This document shows, piece by piece, positions 29,189 through 37,790 of a stretch of 64,000 bases of DNA. The position numbers and the translations under genes were made by a program. Positions within the stretch are counted from its first letter, which is position 1, and the number at the start of each line of letters is the position of its first letter. Below the pieces are notes generated by a model that was not told the DNA's origin, did not search any database, and saw nothing but the letters and a program-made list of their open reading frames with translations. Origin of the DNA: a virus (Duplodnaviria > Caudoviricetes); the IMG/VR virus record IMGVR_UViG_3300028886_000051, one strand, 5' to 3'.

Positions 29189-32100
29189 TTATAATGGTCT
29201 ACAGTTATTTTTTTGCATACCTAATTTTTCTAAAGAAGTAGCGATTTTACTTGTTACATTCTTTGTTAATTGATTCTGCATATTTTCGAACTCTTTAGCA
29301 AAGTTCTTATCTATATTTCCCTGAACTGTTATTCCAGCATCTATATTTATGATAGGTGTAGAACTTCCAACCTTAGTAAAATTATTTTGTGGCAACTTAA
29401 AAGTCTTAACAAAATCTTCTAGTTTAGGCGTAATTTCAGGAAGATTTGATACAAGTTTATCGAAAGACTTGGTTTGCTCTAATGATAAAACTCTTTCGCC
29501 TTTCTTTGCAAATATAGTAACATCTTCACCAAAACTTTGAGCTAATTTATTAGACTTTCCGTTAACCACGCCACCTTCTGCAAACATTGGAAATGGAAGA
29601 TATTTATTTATTCCTGCTGAAGGTAAATTACCTTGTCCAGATTGTTCACCTAGTTTCTTACGAATTTCGTCACTAAGACTTCTAATACCATCTGCGATTC
29701 CATTGCTGATTTTAGATATAGACGTGCCAAGAGCGACACCAGCACCTATTCCAGCACCAGCACCTATTCCATTAAGTTTATCAAGCTCATATCTAAGTCC
29801 ATTTACTGAACTACTAGCCTTATTTGCAGCATCCTTAACGTTGTTAATAGAATTAACTGCACCATTACCATAGCCACTATTTAAAGCTGAACTTATCCAT
29901 TGTTTTAAATGAATAGACTCAACAGAAGTATTATAAAGATTTTGCCTAACTTTAGAAATTGCTTCATAAACTCCAGAATTATTACTAATATTAAATGCTG
30001 ACATTATAGTGCTTGCCATATTATTAGCCTGTGTCTGAACACTTTGAATATTAGTTTTAATTCCATTTAATTTAGCAGTAAAATTACTTGTGCTAGAATT
30101 AAGTGCCTGATTATATCCTGCGATAGCACTAGAACCTGTACGCCAAGGATTAATAATACAAGAATTAATAGATACATTTTGCTTTTTCTCTAAATCTAAT
30201 AAAGTTTTAGAAATCTCATTGGCTCTTGATTTGGCTTCGGCAATAGCTTTCTTTAATACTTTGTCTTCATTTTTTAAAGAATCCTTTAAAGCTTCGGTTC
30301 TTTTTTCTTGTGCATCCTTATAATCTTCTAACTCTTTATCCAAAGCATCGCTACGAGTATCTACAGCATGGTCATATTTATAATCTTCCAAATCATTAAC
30401 AGCTTCAGCAAGTTCAGCTTCAAGTTTTTCACGTTCAGCAATAGTAGCAGCATCATCTGACCCCATCATTGCATTGATTTTACGTTTAATAGAAGAAATT
30501 TCTTTTTCTTTTTGAACTATATTCTTCTTATATTCATATAAATCTTTTTCGGCTTGTAATGACTCTTTTTGCTTATTTATTAATTCTTCATAAGCATCAG
30601 TTTCATCGTTAATTGCATCAATAGCCTCATTAACTCTCGCTTCGGCTAAATCTAATATAGCCTTTTTAGCTTCTTCAGCAGTAGATATTGATGAAAATTG
30701 TGAATCTCTTAATTCATTCAATTTATCAGTGTACTCATTAATAGATACCTTGCCTTCTGAATATAATTTGTCAAGATATTTAATTTCTTCATTATATTGA
30801 GAAACTTCATTTCTTGCCAATTCATATTTTTGAGCTAATAAACCAATTCTAGTAATTGATTCAGAAGTAAATTTACCATTTGAAGTAACTGTATCTTTCT
30901 CTAATAGACTATTTAAACTGTCTAACTCACTTGAGATAGAAGAAAACTGGTCTTTAATCTTTTCAAGAGTATTCCAATGCAATTCATTAATAGATTTCTG
31001 AAAATCTTTTAAGTCATTTTCACAAGATATAATAGAAGAATCTACATCTTGTAATGCATCATACATATCTTTCCATTCATTTGAACCATATTCAATACCA
31101 TTTCTTAATGCAGAAGTCATTTGAGAAGTAAGTGTATCACGTTCTTCTTTAAGTATCTGAATTTGAGATTTAGTTTCGGTTATTAATTCTTCATAGAATC
31201 CTTGACCAACATTTTGTTCCTGAGTTTCTAATAAACTAACAACATCTTTAATTTTAGATTTATTTTTATCTAAGATGTTATACATAGAATCAAAATCATC
31301 TTTGATGTTGTTGAATTTATCAACTTCAAGATCTTTTAATGTCTGTTTTAACTCTATTAATTGAGAATTAATATCATCTACTTTATCAGCCCAAGTCTGG
31401 TAATTCTTAATTGCATCAGTAACCTCGGAATTTCCATTACCAATAAATTTATCTATTTCCAGACCACCTTCTTTGGCTAATCCTTTATATTGTTCGGGAA
31501 TTTTAGCCAAATACTCATCAGCCATTCTAGTATATAAATCACTGACTTGTTCTAAGGTGTTCATTTTAGATTTATTGATGTCTACTAAACTATCAACTAA
31601 AGCATTTTTATTGGCTGAACCCTCTAACTGTTCAATATGTTTTTGGGTATCGTCAATTAATGTGTTTAAATGATTAAGTTTTTCTTCGGCAAAATCTATT
31701 ATATCAATAGAATCTTTAGAATTAGATTTAGAGGAATCTGAATTAGAATTACTTGCTCTTAAAGTCGCATCAGGGTTTGTATCAACTCCTAAAATTGTTT
31801 TCTGAGTTAAATCAGATATTTTTTTAGAATCACTTTTTCGTTTATTCAAGACTTTATCTATTGTATCTTGAGATATTCCATTATTTAAAGCTTGAACCTT
31901 CCATGCTTCTAAAGCTGCTTCACTAACTGCATTATAACTTTCTGCTAATTCGTAATTTGTACTAGACAAATAAGTCATCGCATCTGCTTCAGTATTAATG
32001 CCTGTTACATTATCAATAAGTCCTTGTTGCATTTGAGCTTCCATTGCAAGGAGTCTTGCTTTGGTTAATTCTTTCATTGATTCTGTATCAGTTTTTAAAT

Positions 32101-34318
32101 TACCATCTTCATCAATTAAATAATCTAAAAATTGAGAGCCATTAGATAATATGGCTTGATACTGATCAACAGTAATATAACCAGTCTCATTATATTGATC
32201 TATTGTATCCATTAAGCTAGTATAAGCCGATTGTATATTATCAAGTTGGTCAGATAATTGACCAAGTTTAGTTGAATTATTAGTATCGTCTTTTAATTTA
32301 AAAATATCTGATGGAGAATATTCAAAACTCTGAAAAGCTTGAGAAGTTTCATCTCTAAAAAGTTTTACAATATGACTTGCAGCTTTTTTAATAGATTCTT
32401 CACCTTGGTTATCATACAAAGTTTGAGCTATACCTTTTAATAATTTTTTAGCTTCATCACTGGATAATAAATCTTGTTCAGTTAAATCTTCTCCAAATTG
32501 TTTTTTTAAAAGTTGTATTGCACCGTCCATACCAGAGAAGTGCATAAGGCGACCAACTACATCTGCCCAGTTTCCATTATTGTCATAATTTTGACTATCG
32601 TCAACACCAGCATAAATTCCTTGAACAAATGTATCACCAATTTGTCGTCCCTGAGCATCAAACTCTTTCAATTCATCATCGGTAACTTTTCCATCATCAG
32701 CATATGCTTCTGCAAGAATCTGATTAATATATTCTTCAACAGTATCTTTTGATAAGAATGTTCCATTTGGTAGAATAGGAGTAAATGCAACTTCCCAACC
32801 ATTGCCATTTAAGTCTTCTCCAAAACGTTCAGAACCACCAAATACAGTATCAATAGAACCTACTTCTGGATCATAATCCCAACTTGCTAATGCATCTGCA
32901 TAAGTTTGTTTAAGTTCGTCAGACCAATTAATAATGGTACGTTTATCCATATCGACATTGCCAAATACAGTTTGAATAGTACCATTCTTAATTTGTTCAG
33001 CATAATCATCGAGACCCCAGTCGGAGATTTTTTGATATTCTTCTTCAAGTCCTTCTATTATGCCATTAGAATTAAATGCCTGTAATATATCTTCATCACT
33101 AAGTCCATTTTCGATTTTCGCTTTTAATGCCTTACCTATATCCTTGAAGCTATCTTTATTTAAAATTCTAGTGATATTTTGGTCAGCCCAAGAGTCGAAA
33201 TCAATATATTTAAGATAAGATAGTTGTTCATTTAATTTGTCTTGTACTTCCTTTGAAGACATCTGTTCAGGATAATTTTTATTAATATCTTGAATAAGTT
33301 TAGAAACTTCAGTATATCTTGCTTTAATTATTTCTAAATCTTTTTCAGCAATTATTTCTAAAGCTTTTTCAGCCTTTTCATCATCAAGATGAATATCATT
33401 TATAAATCCTAGCCCTTTACTATTAATATATTTATTATATTTATCTTTAGCTGTAGAGGAATAACTATTTATTTTTTCAAGTTCATCAATAGCGTCTTTA
33501 AGTTTTTCATAATCAGTATCTTCATGTCTTGCTTTTTCAATTCTATACCATCTTTCAAAACCTAAAGTAGTCAAATCAGTTGGTTTCCATTTTTTAGCTT
33601 TACCTTCTTTACCTTTATTGGTAGTAAAATCCAAGTCATCTTTTTCAATTAAAGTTTGAACATAATCTTTACCAACTTGATCTTGTGAATCTTTAAGGAT
33701 TTTTTTCTGTGATTCTAACTGACGATTAATTTCTTTAAGATTTTCAATCTCTTGCTTATCAACATAAGTAATATTATCTAAATTCTGAATCTCTTCAATA
33801 CGTTTCTTATTATCTTCAAGAGAAGTATTAATATCTTCGATTTTTTGCTTGTTGGTCTCAAAAGTTTCATTTAAATTTTCAAGTTTTTTATTTAAATTAG
33901 CAATCTTATCAACCTTTTTATTGTATTTTTCAATACCTTTATTAATTAATTGAATGCCAGAACTAATAATAGCTCCAATCACCATACCACCAAACATATT
34001 TAATACATCTGCACCAAGAGTTCCAAAGAAATTCTTGATTGACGCTCCAATGTTTTTTAAGCTAAATTTGGTAGCGTTTAATTGCTCTTGGTATGCCTGA
34101 AGATATGTCTGACCTTCTTTAAGGATGATGTTACCATTACGAATTGATTTAGCAAACGAAATAGATTCTTTAGATGCCTGTGGATATTTCTGGATTAATG
34201 ATTCTAATTCGATTTCTTTATTATATAAATCTTTATTATTTAAAAAATCCTTTGTATCGTTATTTATATCTATAATTTTCCCAAAACTAAAACCATTTTT
34301 ATTATCATAATGTGCAAG
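29189..34318 (-). CDS. Tape measure protein, exon 3 (1709 aa)
   Basis: Frame is open for 107 codons upstream of ATG 33997 without a start codon, beginning exactly after the predicted omega-G at 34319; coiled coils; FAEGG..GERVL C-terminus. Confidence 0.85.
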   Translation of the reverse strand, partial: LAHYDNKNGFSFGKIIDINNDTKDFLNNKDLYNKEIELESLIQKYPQASKESISFAKSIRNGNIILKEGQTYLQAYQEQLNATKFSLKNIGASIKNFFGTLGADVLNMFGGMVIGAIISSGIQLINKGIEKYNKKVDKIANLNKKLENLNETFETNKQKIEDINTSLEDNKKRIEEIQNLDNITYVDKQEIENLKEINRQLESQKKILKDSQDQVGKDYVQTLIEKDDLDFTTNKGKEGKAKKWKPTDLTTLGFERWYRIEKARHEDTDYEKLKDAIDELEKINSYSSTAKDKYNKYINSKGLGFINDIHLDDEKAEKALEIIAEKDLEIIKARYTEVSKLIQDINKNYPEQMSSKEVQDKLNEQLSYLKYIDFDSWADQNITRILNKDSFKDIGKALKAKIENGLSDEDILQAFNSNGIIEGLEEEYQKISDWGLDDYAEQIKNGTIQTVFGNVDMDKRTIINWSDELKQTYADALASWDYDPEVGSIDTVFGGSERFGEDLNGNGWEVAFTPILPNGTFLSKDTVEEYINQILAEAYADDGKVTDDELKEFDAQGRQIGDTFVQGIYAGVDDSQNYDNNGNWADVVGRLMHFSGMDGAIQLLKKQFGEDLTEQDLLSSDEAKKLLKGIAQTLYDNQGEESIKKAASHIVKLFRDETSQAFQSFEYSPSDIFKLKDDTNNSTKLGQLSDQLDNIQSAYTSLMDTIDQYNETGYITVDQYQAILSNGSQFLDYLIDEDGNLKTDTESMKELTKARLLAMEAQMQQGLIDNVTGINTEADAMTYLSSTNYELAESYNAVSEAALEAWKVQALNNGISQDTIDKVLNKRKSDSKKISDLTQKTILGVDTNPDATLRASNSNSDSSKSNSKDSIDIIDFAEEKLNHLNTLIDDTQKHIEQLEGSANKNALVDSLVDINKSKMNTLEQVSDLYTRMADEYLAKIPEQYKGLAKEGGLEIDKFIGNGNSEVTDAIKNYQTWADKVDDINSQLIELKQTLKDLEVDKFNNIKDDFDSMYNILDKNKSKIKDVVSLLETQEQNVGQGFYEELITETKSQIQILKEERDTLTSQMTSALRNGIEYGSNEWKDMYDALQDVDSSIISCENDLKDFQKSINELHWNTLEKIKDQFSSISSELDSLNSLLEKDTVTSNGKFTSESITRIGLLAQKYELARNEVSQYNEEIKYLDKLYSEGKVSINEYTDKLNELRDSQFSSISTAEEAKKAILDLAEARVNEAIDAINDETDAYEELINKQKESLQAEKDLYEYKKNIVQKEKEISSIKRKINAMMGSDDAATIAEREKLEAELAEAVNDLEDYKYDHAVDTRSDALDKELEDYKDAQEKRTEALKDSLKNEDKVLKKAIAEAKSRANEISKTLLDLEKKQNVSINSCIINPWRTGSSAIAGYNQALNSSTSNFTAKLNGIKTNIQSVQTQANNMASTIMSAFNISNNSGVYEAISKVRQNLYNTSVESIHLKQWISSALNSGYGNGAVNSINNVKDAANKASSSVNGLRYELDKLNGIGAGAGIGAGVALGTSISKISNGIADGIRSLSDEIRKKLGEQSGQGNLPSAGINKYLPFPMFAEGGVVNGKSNKLAQSFGEDVTIFAKKGERVLSLEQTKSFDKLVSNLPEITPKLEDFVKTFKLPQNNFTKVGSSTPIINIDAGITVQGNIDKNFAKEFENMQNQLTKNVTSKIATSLEKLGMQKNNCRPL

Positions 34319-34408
34319 CTAATAATAAATATAAACTTTGTATTTATTAATCTGCTTTAATTTTAGAAAAAATAATGGTATAATAAATAAAAAAGGAGAT
34401 TTTATAAT

Positions 34409-34885
34409 ATGAATCATAAACCAAGAGTAATGTGTTGTCCTAACTGTAAAAAGAATAATAGAACACATAATTCATCGAAATATGTAACGCCTGCTGCATA
34501 TTTTTCAGCATATATTAATAAAGAAGATACATATTGTAAATATTGTGGTTGTCGTTTGTCGCCTATGAATATTGACGTGTTTGAATTTGGAATAATTGCA
34601 GATATATCAGGCGACCCATCATTTATTATAGCAATGGATGATCTTAAACAAAAAGACCCAATAGAATTTCAACTAAAAATGTCACAATTCAAAACTCAAT
34701 TACAACAACAAAAGGGTAATGAACAAATAGAAAATAGTAACTTAATCCATTGTCCTAAGTGTAATTCAACTGCAATTACAACAGGTGCTAGAGGAGTCAA
34801 TAATTTCTGGGGACTTCTTGGTGCAAGCAAAACTGTTAATCGTTGTGGTAACTGTGGTTATACTTGGAAACCGAATAATTGGTAG
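34409..34885 (+). CDS. Zinc-ribbon protein, antisense cargo inside intron 2
   Basis: CPNC, CKYC, CPKC, CGNC; TG-N-TATAAT at 34376-84 and AAGGAG RBS. Confidence 0.85.
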   Translation: MNHKPRVMCCPNCKKNNRTHNSSKYVTPAAYFSAYINKEDTYCKYCGCRLSPMNIDVFEFGIIADISGDPSFIIAMDDLKQKDPIEFQLKMSQFKTQLQQQKGNEQIENSNLIHCPKCNSTAITTGARGVNNFWGLLGASKTVNRCGNCGYTWKPNNW

Positions 34886-35045
34886 AAGTAGAAGAAGATA
34901 ACCGTCCTAAATGTCCAAATTGTCATTCAACCAACATAAAAGCTATAACTGGTACTGAACGAGCAATGTCTATTATGGGGTTGGGTATCTTCAGCAAAAA
35001 ATCAATAAGGGTTTTAAATATCTGAACTGTAAGTATACTTGGTAA
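34879..35045 (+). pseudogene. Frameshifted remnant of a paralogous zinc-ribbon C-terminal module
   Basis: PKCPNCHSTNIKAI...LGIFSKK / INKGFKYLNCKYTW with 1 nt missing in an A run. Confidence 0.7.
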
Positions 35046-35070
35046 ACATGTGTACTAATTATCTTATCAT

Positions 35071-35101
35071 AAAAGAGAGTGGCAATATTACACTCTCTTT
35101 T
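35071..35101. terminator. Bidirectional terminator after the cargo genes
   Basis: AAAAGAGAGTG-loop-CACTCTCTTTT. Confidence 0.8.
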
Positions 35102-35116
35102 ATAAGGTGTACACAT

Positions 35117-35277
35117 AAAGAAAACACCTAGCAATAACTAGATGTTTTCCATACAGTTTATAACCATTGGAATATATTCAGTTTCACTAAAAATCAGTGC
35201 GAATACATTTGCCCCAATGTACAACGAAAGAAATAACACAATGTCAAATCTTTCGCAACAGTCATATTTGTTTTTGT
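35117..35277 (-). ncRNA. Putative ~160-nt small RNA inside intron 2
   Basis: TTGACA(35312)-N17-TATTAT(35289) promoter; terminator GAAAACATCTAG...CTAGGTGTTTTCTTT; no ORF with an RBS. Confidence 0.55.
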
Positions 35278-35316
35278 ATTATTATAATACACTATATGCA
35301 TTAATATGTCAATAGG

Positions 35317-35512
35317 TTAATTAATATCATATACAATTTTAATTATATCCTTTATGTATTTCATTGTGTCGTCATCTAAATCACACATTTTCTCAGTTAA
35401 TCGTGCCTTAGAAATACATCTTGCATGTTCTACTTTTATATATGACACTTTTGACATAGCTGGATGTGAAAATTCTATTTGTGTATCTAATTTTTTCTTT
35501 TTATTTCCATTC
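35317..35512 (-). pseudogene. C-terminal half of a MazF/PemK-family toxin
   Basis: KKKLDTQIEF...SYIKVEHARCISKARLTEKMCDLDDDTMKYI..IIKIVYDI; in-frame stops upstream. Confidence 0.65.
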
Positions 35513-36067
35513 TTATCATATGCAGCGGTTCAAAAGAGTAGTTGTTTAACTGCTCTTTTATATTATTCCCATTTTTTAATTATTTATCTACTCTGTTTTA
35601 CAAAGTCAGCAGTAGAAGAGTAATAATCTCACTATTATTTCGCATCGTATAGTTACGATTGAACTTTTTCACTATCACACTCAATGATAGGGTTGTGACT
35701 ATACCTTCGTGGGTTATAATATAACCTACGCCCTCTTGGTAGTCGATGGGAGCAGCACTTACCTATATAGGCAGTACGCCTCTCTGCTGATTAGATCATC
35801 GTGCTACATTATGAGTCACACGAGTCGTTCCAGTTCTTATCTAAGTCTCACGAATCTTAGAGGCTGCGTAGTTCACACACAGTCATATCAGAGGTCTACA
35901 GTGTAGCATCTGTAGTTGATTTTACTTATATATCTTCCTTGTATATACAAGTTCTTTGTGTTTTATCCAAGGATTCTCACCTCGGCACGAGATATATTCT
36001 GAGCCTTGCACATATTGCTTACTACATTTATATGTGTATATAACCTTGTAAATTATATACTTGCATA

Positions 36068-36784
36068 ACCCAGCTTTTTCCCTATTATAGCACCTATAGG
36101 GGTCAATAAGGTTGGAAGTAAACCAACTTTATCAATAATTTTTGTTAATAGATTTAATATACCACTAAGTGATGATATGGTATCTTTTACTAAATCTGTA
36201 TCAATAAATTTTTGCCAAAAATCTTCAACAGTAGCAGATAATACTTTGATACGTCCATCAATAGAATCAACTATAGCTTCATTTTCTCGTAAGGCTGAAC
36301 CTTCAGCATCACCAAGACTTTCCATAACCTCATCAATTTTTTGATAGTTTTTAAGCAACGCTGCTACATTATTGGCTCTTGTTTTACCTGCAACAAGTTC
36401 AAGGGTGGCTGCTTGTGAAGAATCGCTAAGTTTGTCCCACGTTGCACCCAACTCTTTAACTATCTGTGTTGTTGACTTAAAGGTATTGTCATTGAGCATA
36501 ATATCAACACCAGTCAATGATTTTAACTGTTCACGAAGTTTTGAGGTGGATTCACATAAGCCATCGGTATCCTCACCCATATCTTCTAATTCAGCTTTTG
36601 CTCCACGAAGTCTTAAACTAAATACCTTTAATGTATTACCTGTATTTTCACTATTTTGAACGATTTCATTCATAGCTGTAATTAAGGCAATACTTTCTTC
36701 AAATGAATTATTTCCAGTTTCAAGGGCAGAAGCAGAACGTTTCATAGCTTCGCCGATGTCTGTAGCAGAGAGTGCAAACTTATT
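36068..36784 (-). CDS. Tape measure protein, exon 2 (239 codons)
   Basis: NKFALSATDIGEAMKRSASAL...GVDI...AGKTRAN tape-measure core; both borders in phase 0. Confidence 0.9.
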
Positions 36785-37790
36785 CAAAACTGTTACTTTC
36801 ACCATGTCTGGTTACTGACCATATTTTTATATGGCGGCTAGTCATTTCTGGCTAACTCTCACATTTCTTTTATTTTGGGATTATCGTGTGAGTTCGGACT
36901 GGATCTTCACCCTATAAAATAGGGGAGTAGCGAAACTTCATATGTTACCATATAAAGTATTACAGTCTCTAAGGTTCGATAAAATAGAATAGTATTACTT
37001 ATGTTCGTTTATATAATTATATACATCAATAAAATCATTACCAATTCTGCCGTTATATTGGTATTGCAAATCAATTTTATAAATCATTGAAGGTATTTCA
37101 CATACATACTTATAAATAATAGATATTAATTTTTTTAACTCAGTTACATTAAATCTTAGGAAATAGTATTTATTCTTTTCGGACTTAATTTGAACATTTA
37201 TATTCCACTTTTCTTTAAAATATTTTTTCATTAAAATATGTTCTTCGTAATTAAAACACTCTGTTGCTAATTTACCATATCTATTTCTCTTAGATAAACA
37301 AATTGATCCATCATCCATCCACCAAATCGCAAGAGACAATGCATCTAATTCGTTTAAATATTTTAATGATATTTTCTTCCTGCTTTTCGAATATAAATTT
37401 TTGCAAATAAAACTGTAAAACTGAATATCCTCATTTTTTATGTAATAATAAAAATAACACCTTGGATATTTCTTTTCATTAAAGGTGTTATTTATATATT
37501 TTATATCTTTATTAAATTGTTTAGCTTTCCAAAGTAGATATTCCTTTTGTTTAATACTTTGTGAAAATTGCACGTTTTTATTGTTTATAGAAGAATCTCC
37601 TAAAAGACCTCCTAAAATTATTTGTTTTTGAGACAAAGATATCATATCTTATTCCTCCTTAATTGTTAATTTACTATTCTTATTTTAATTACCACGGTCT
37701 TGCGTGTCCCATCACGTTTTAACCGTTATAGCTACTTTCTAGGATTAAAAAATCCCCATATATTACTATATGTTTAGGCAATATATATTT
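36785..37790 (-). mobile_element. Group I intron 1 of the tape measure gene (1006 nt) with homing endonuclease
   Basis: P1 UAGGU/GCCUA; R-like UUAGAGACUG, S-like GAAGAUCCAGUCC; terminal G; splice gives DYNQIG|NKFALS. Confidence 0.92.
36995..37645 (-). CDS. Intron-encoded LAGLIDADG homing endonuclease
   Basis: ILGGLLGDS and LAIWWMDDGS motifs; AAGGAGG RBS. Confidence 0.93.
   Translation of the reverse strand: MISLSQKQIILGGLLGDSSINNKNVQFSQSIKQKEYLLWKAKQFNKDIKYINNTFNEKKYPRCYFYYYIKNEDIQFYSFICKNLYSKSRKKISLKYLNELDALSLAIWWMDDGSICLSKRNRYGKLATECFNYEEHILMKKYFKEKWNINVQIKSEKNKYYFLRFNVTELKKLISIIYKYVCEIPSMIYKIDLQYQYNGRIGNDFIDVYNYINEHK

Larger units (their letters stand above)
34319..36067 (-). ncRNA. Group I intron 2 of the tape measure gene (1749 nt) carrying cargo
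   Basis: P1 CUGGGU/GCUCAG with U.G; 9-bp P10; Q AAUCAGCAG (35784-92); P7 GACUA (35740-44)/UAGUC (35697-701); in-frame splice KLG|LAHYD. Confidence 0.82.

Noticed and set aside
35354-35906. + strand ORFs 35354-35623 and 35709-35906, and other antisense ORFs in the track
   Set aside because: Shadow frames over the MazF remnant, the ribozyme core or real genes, without RBS or recognisable motifs
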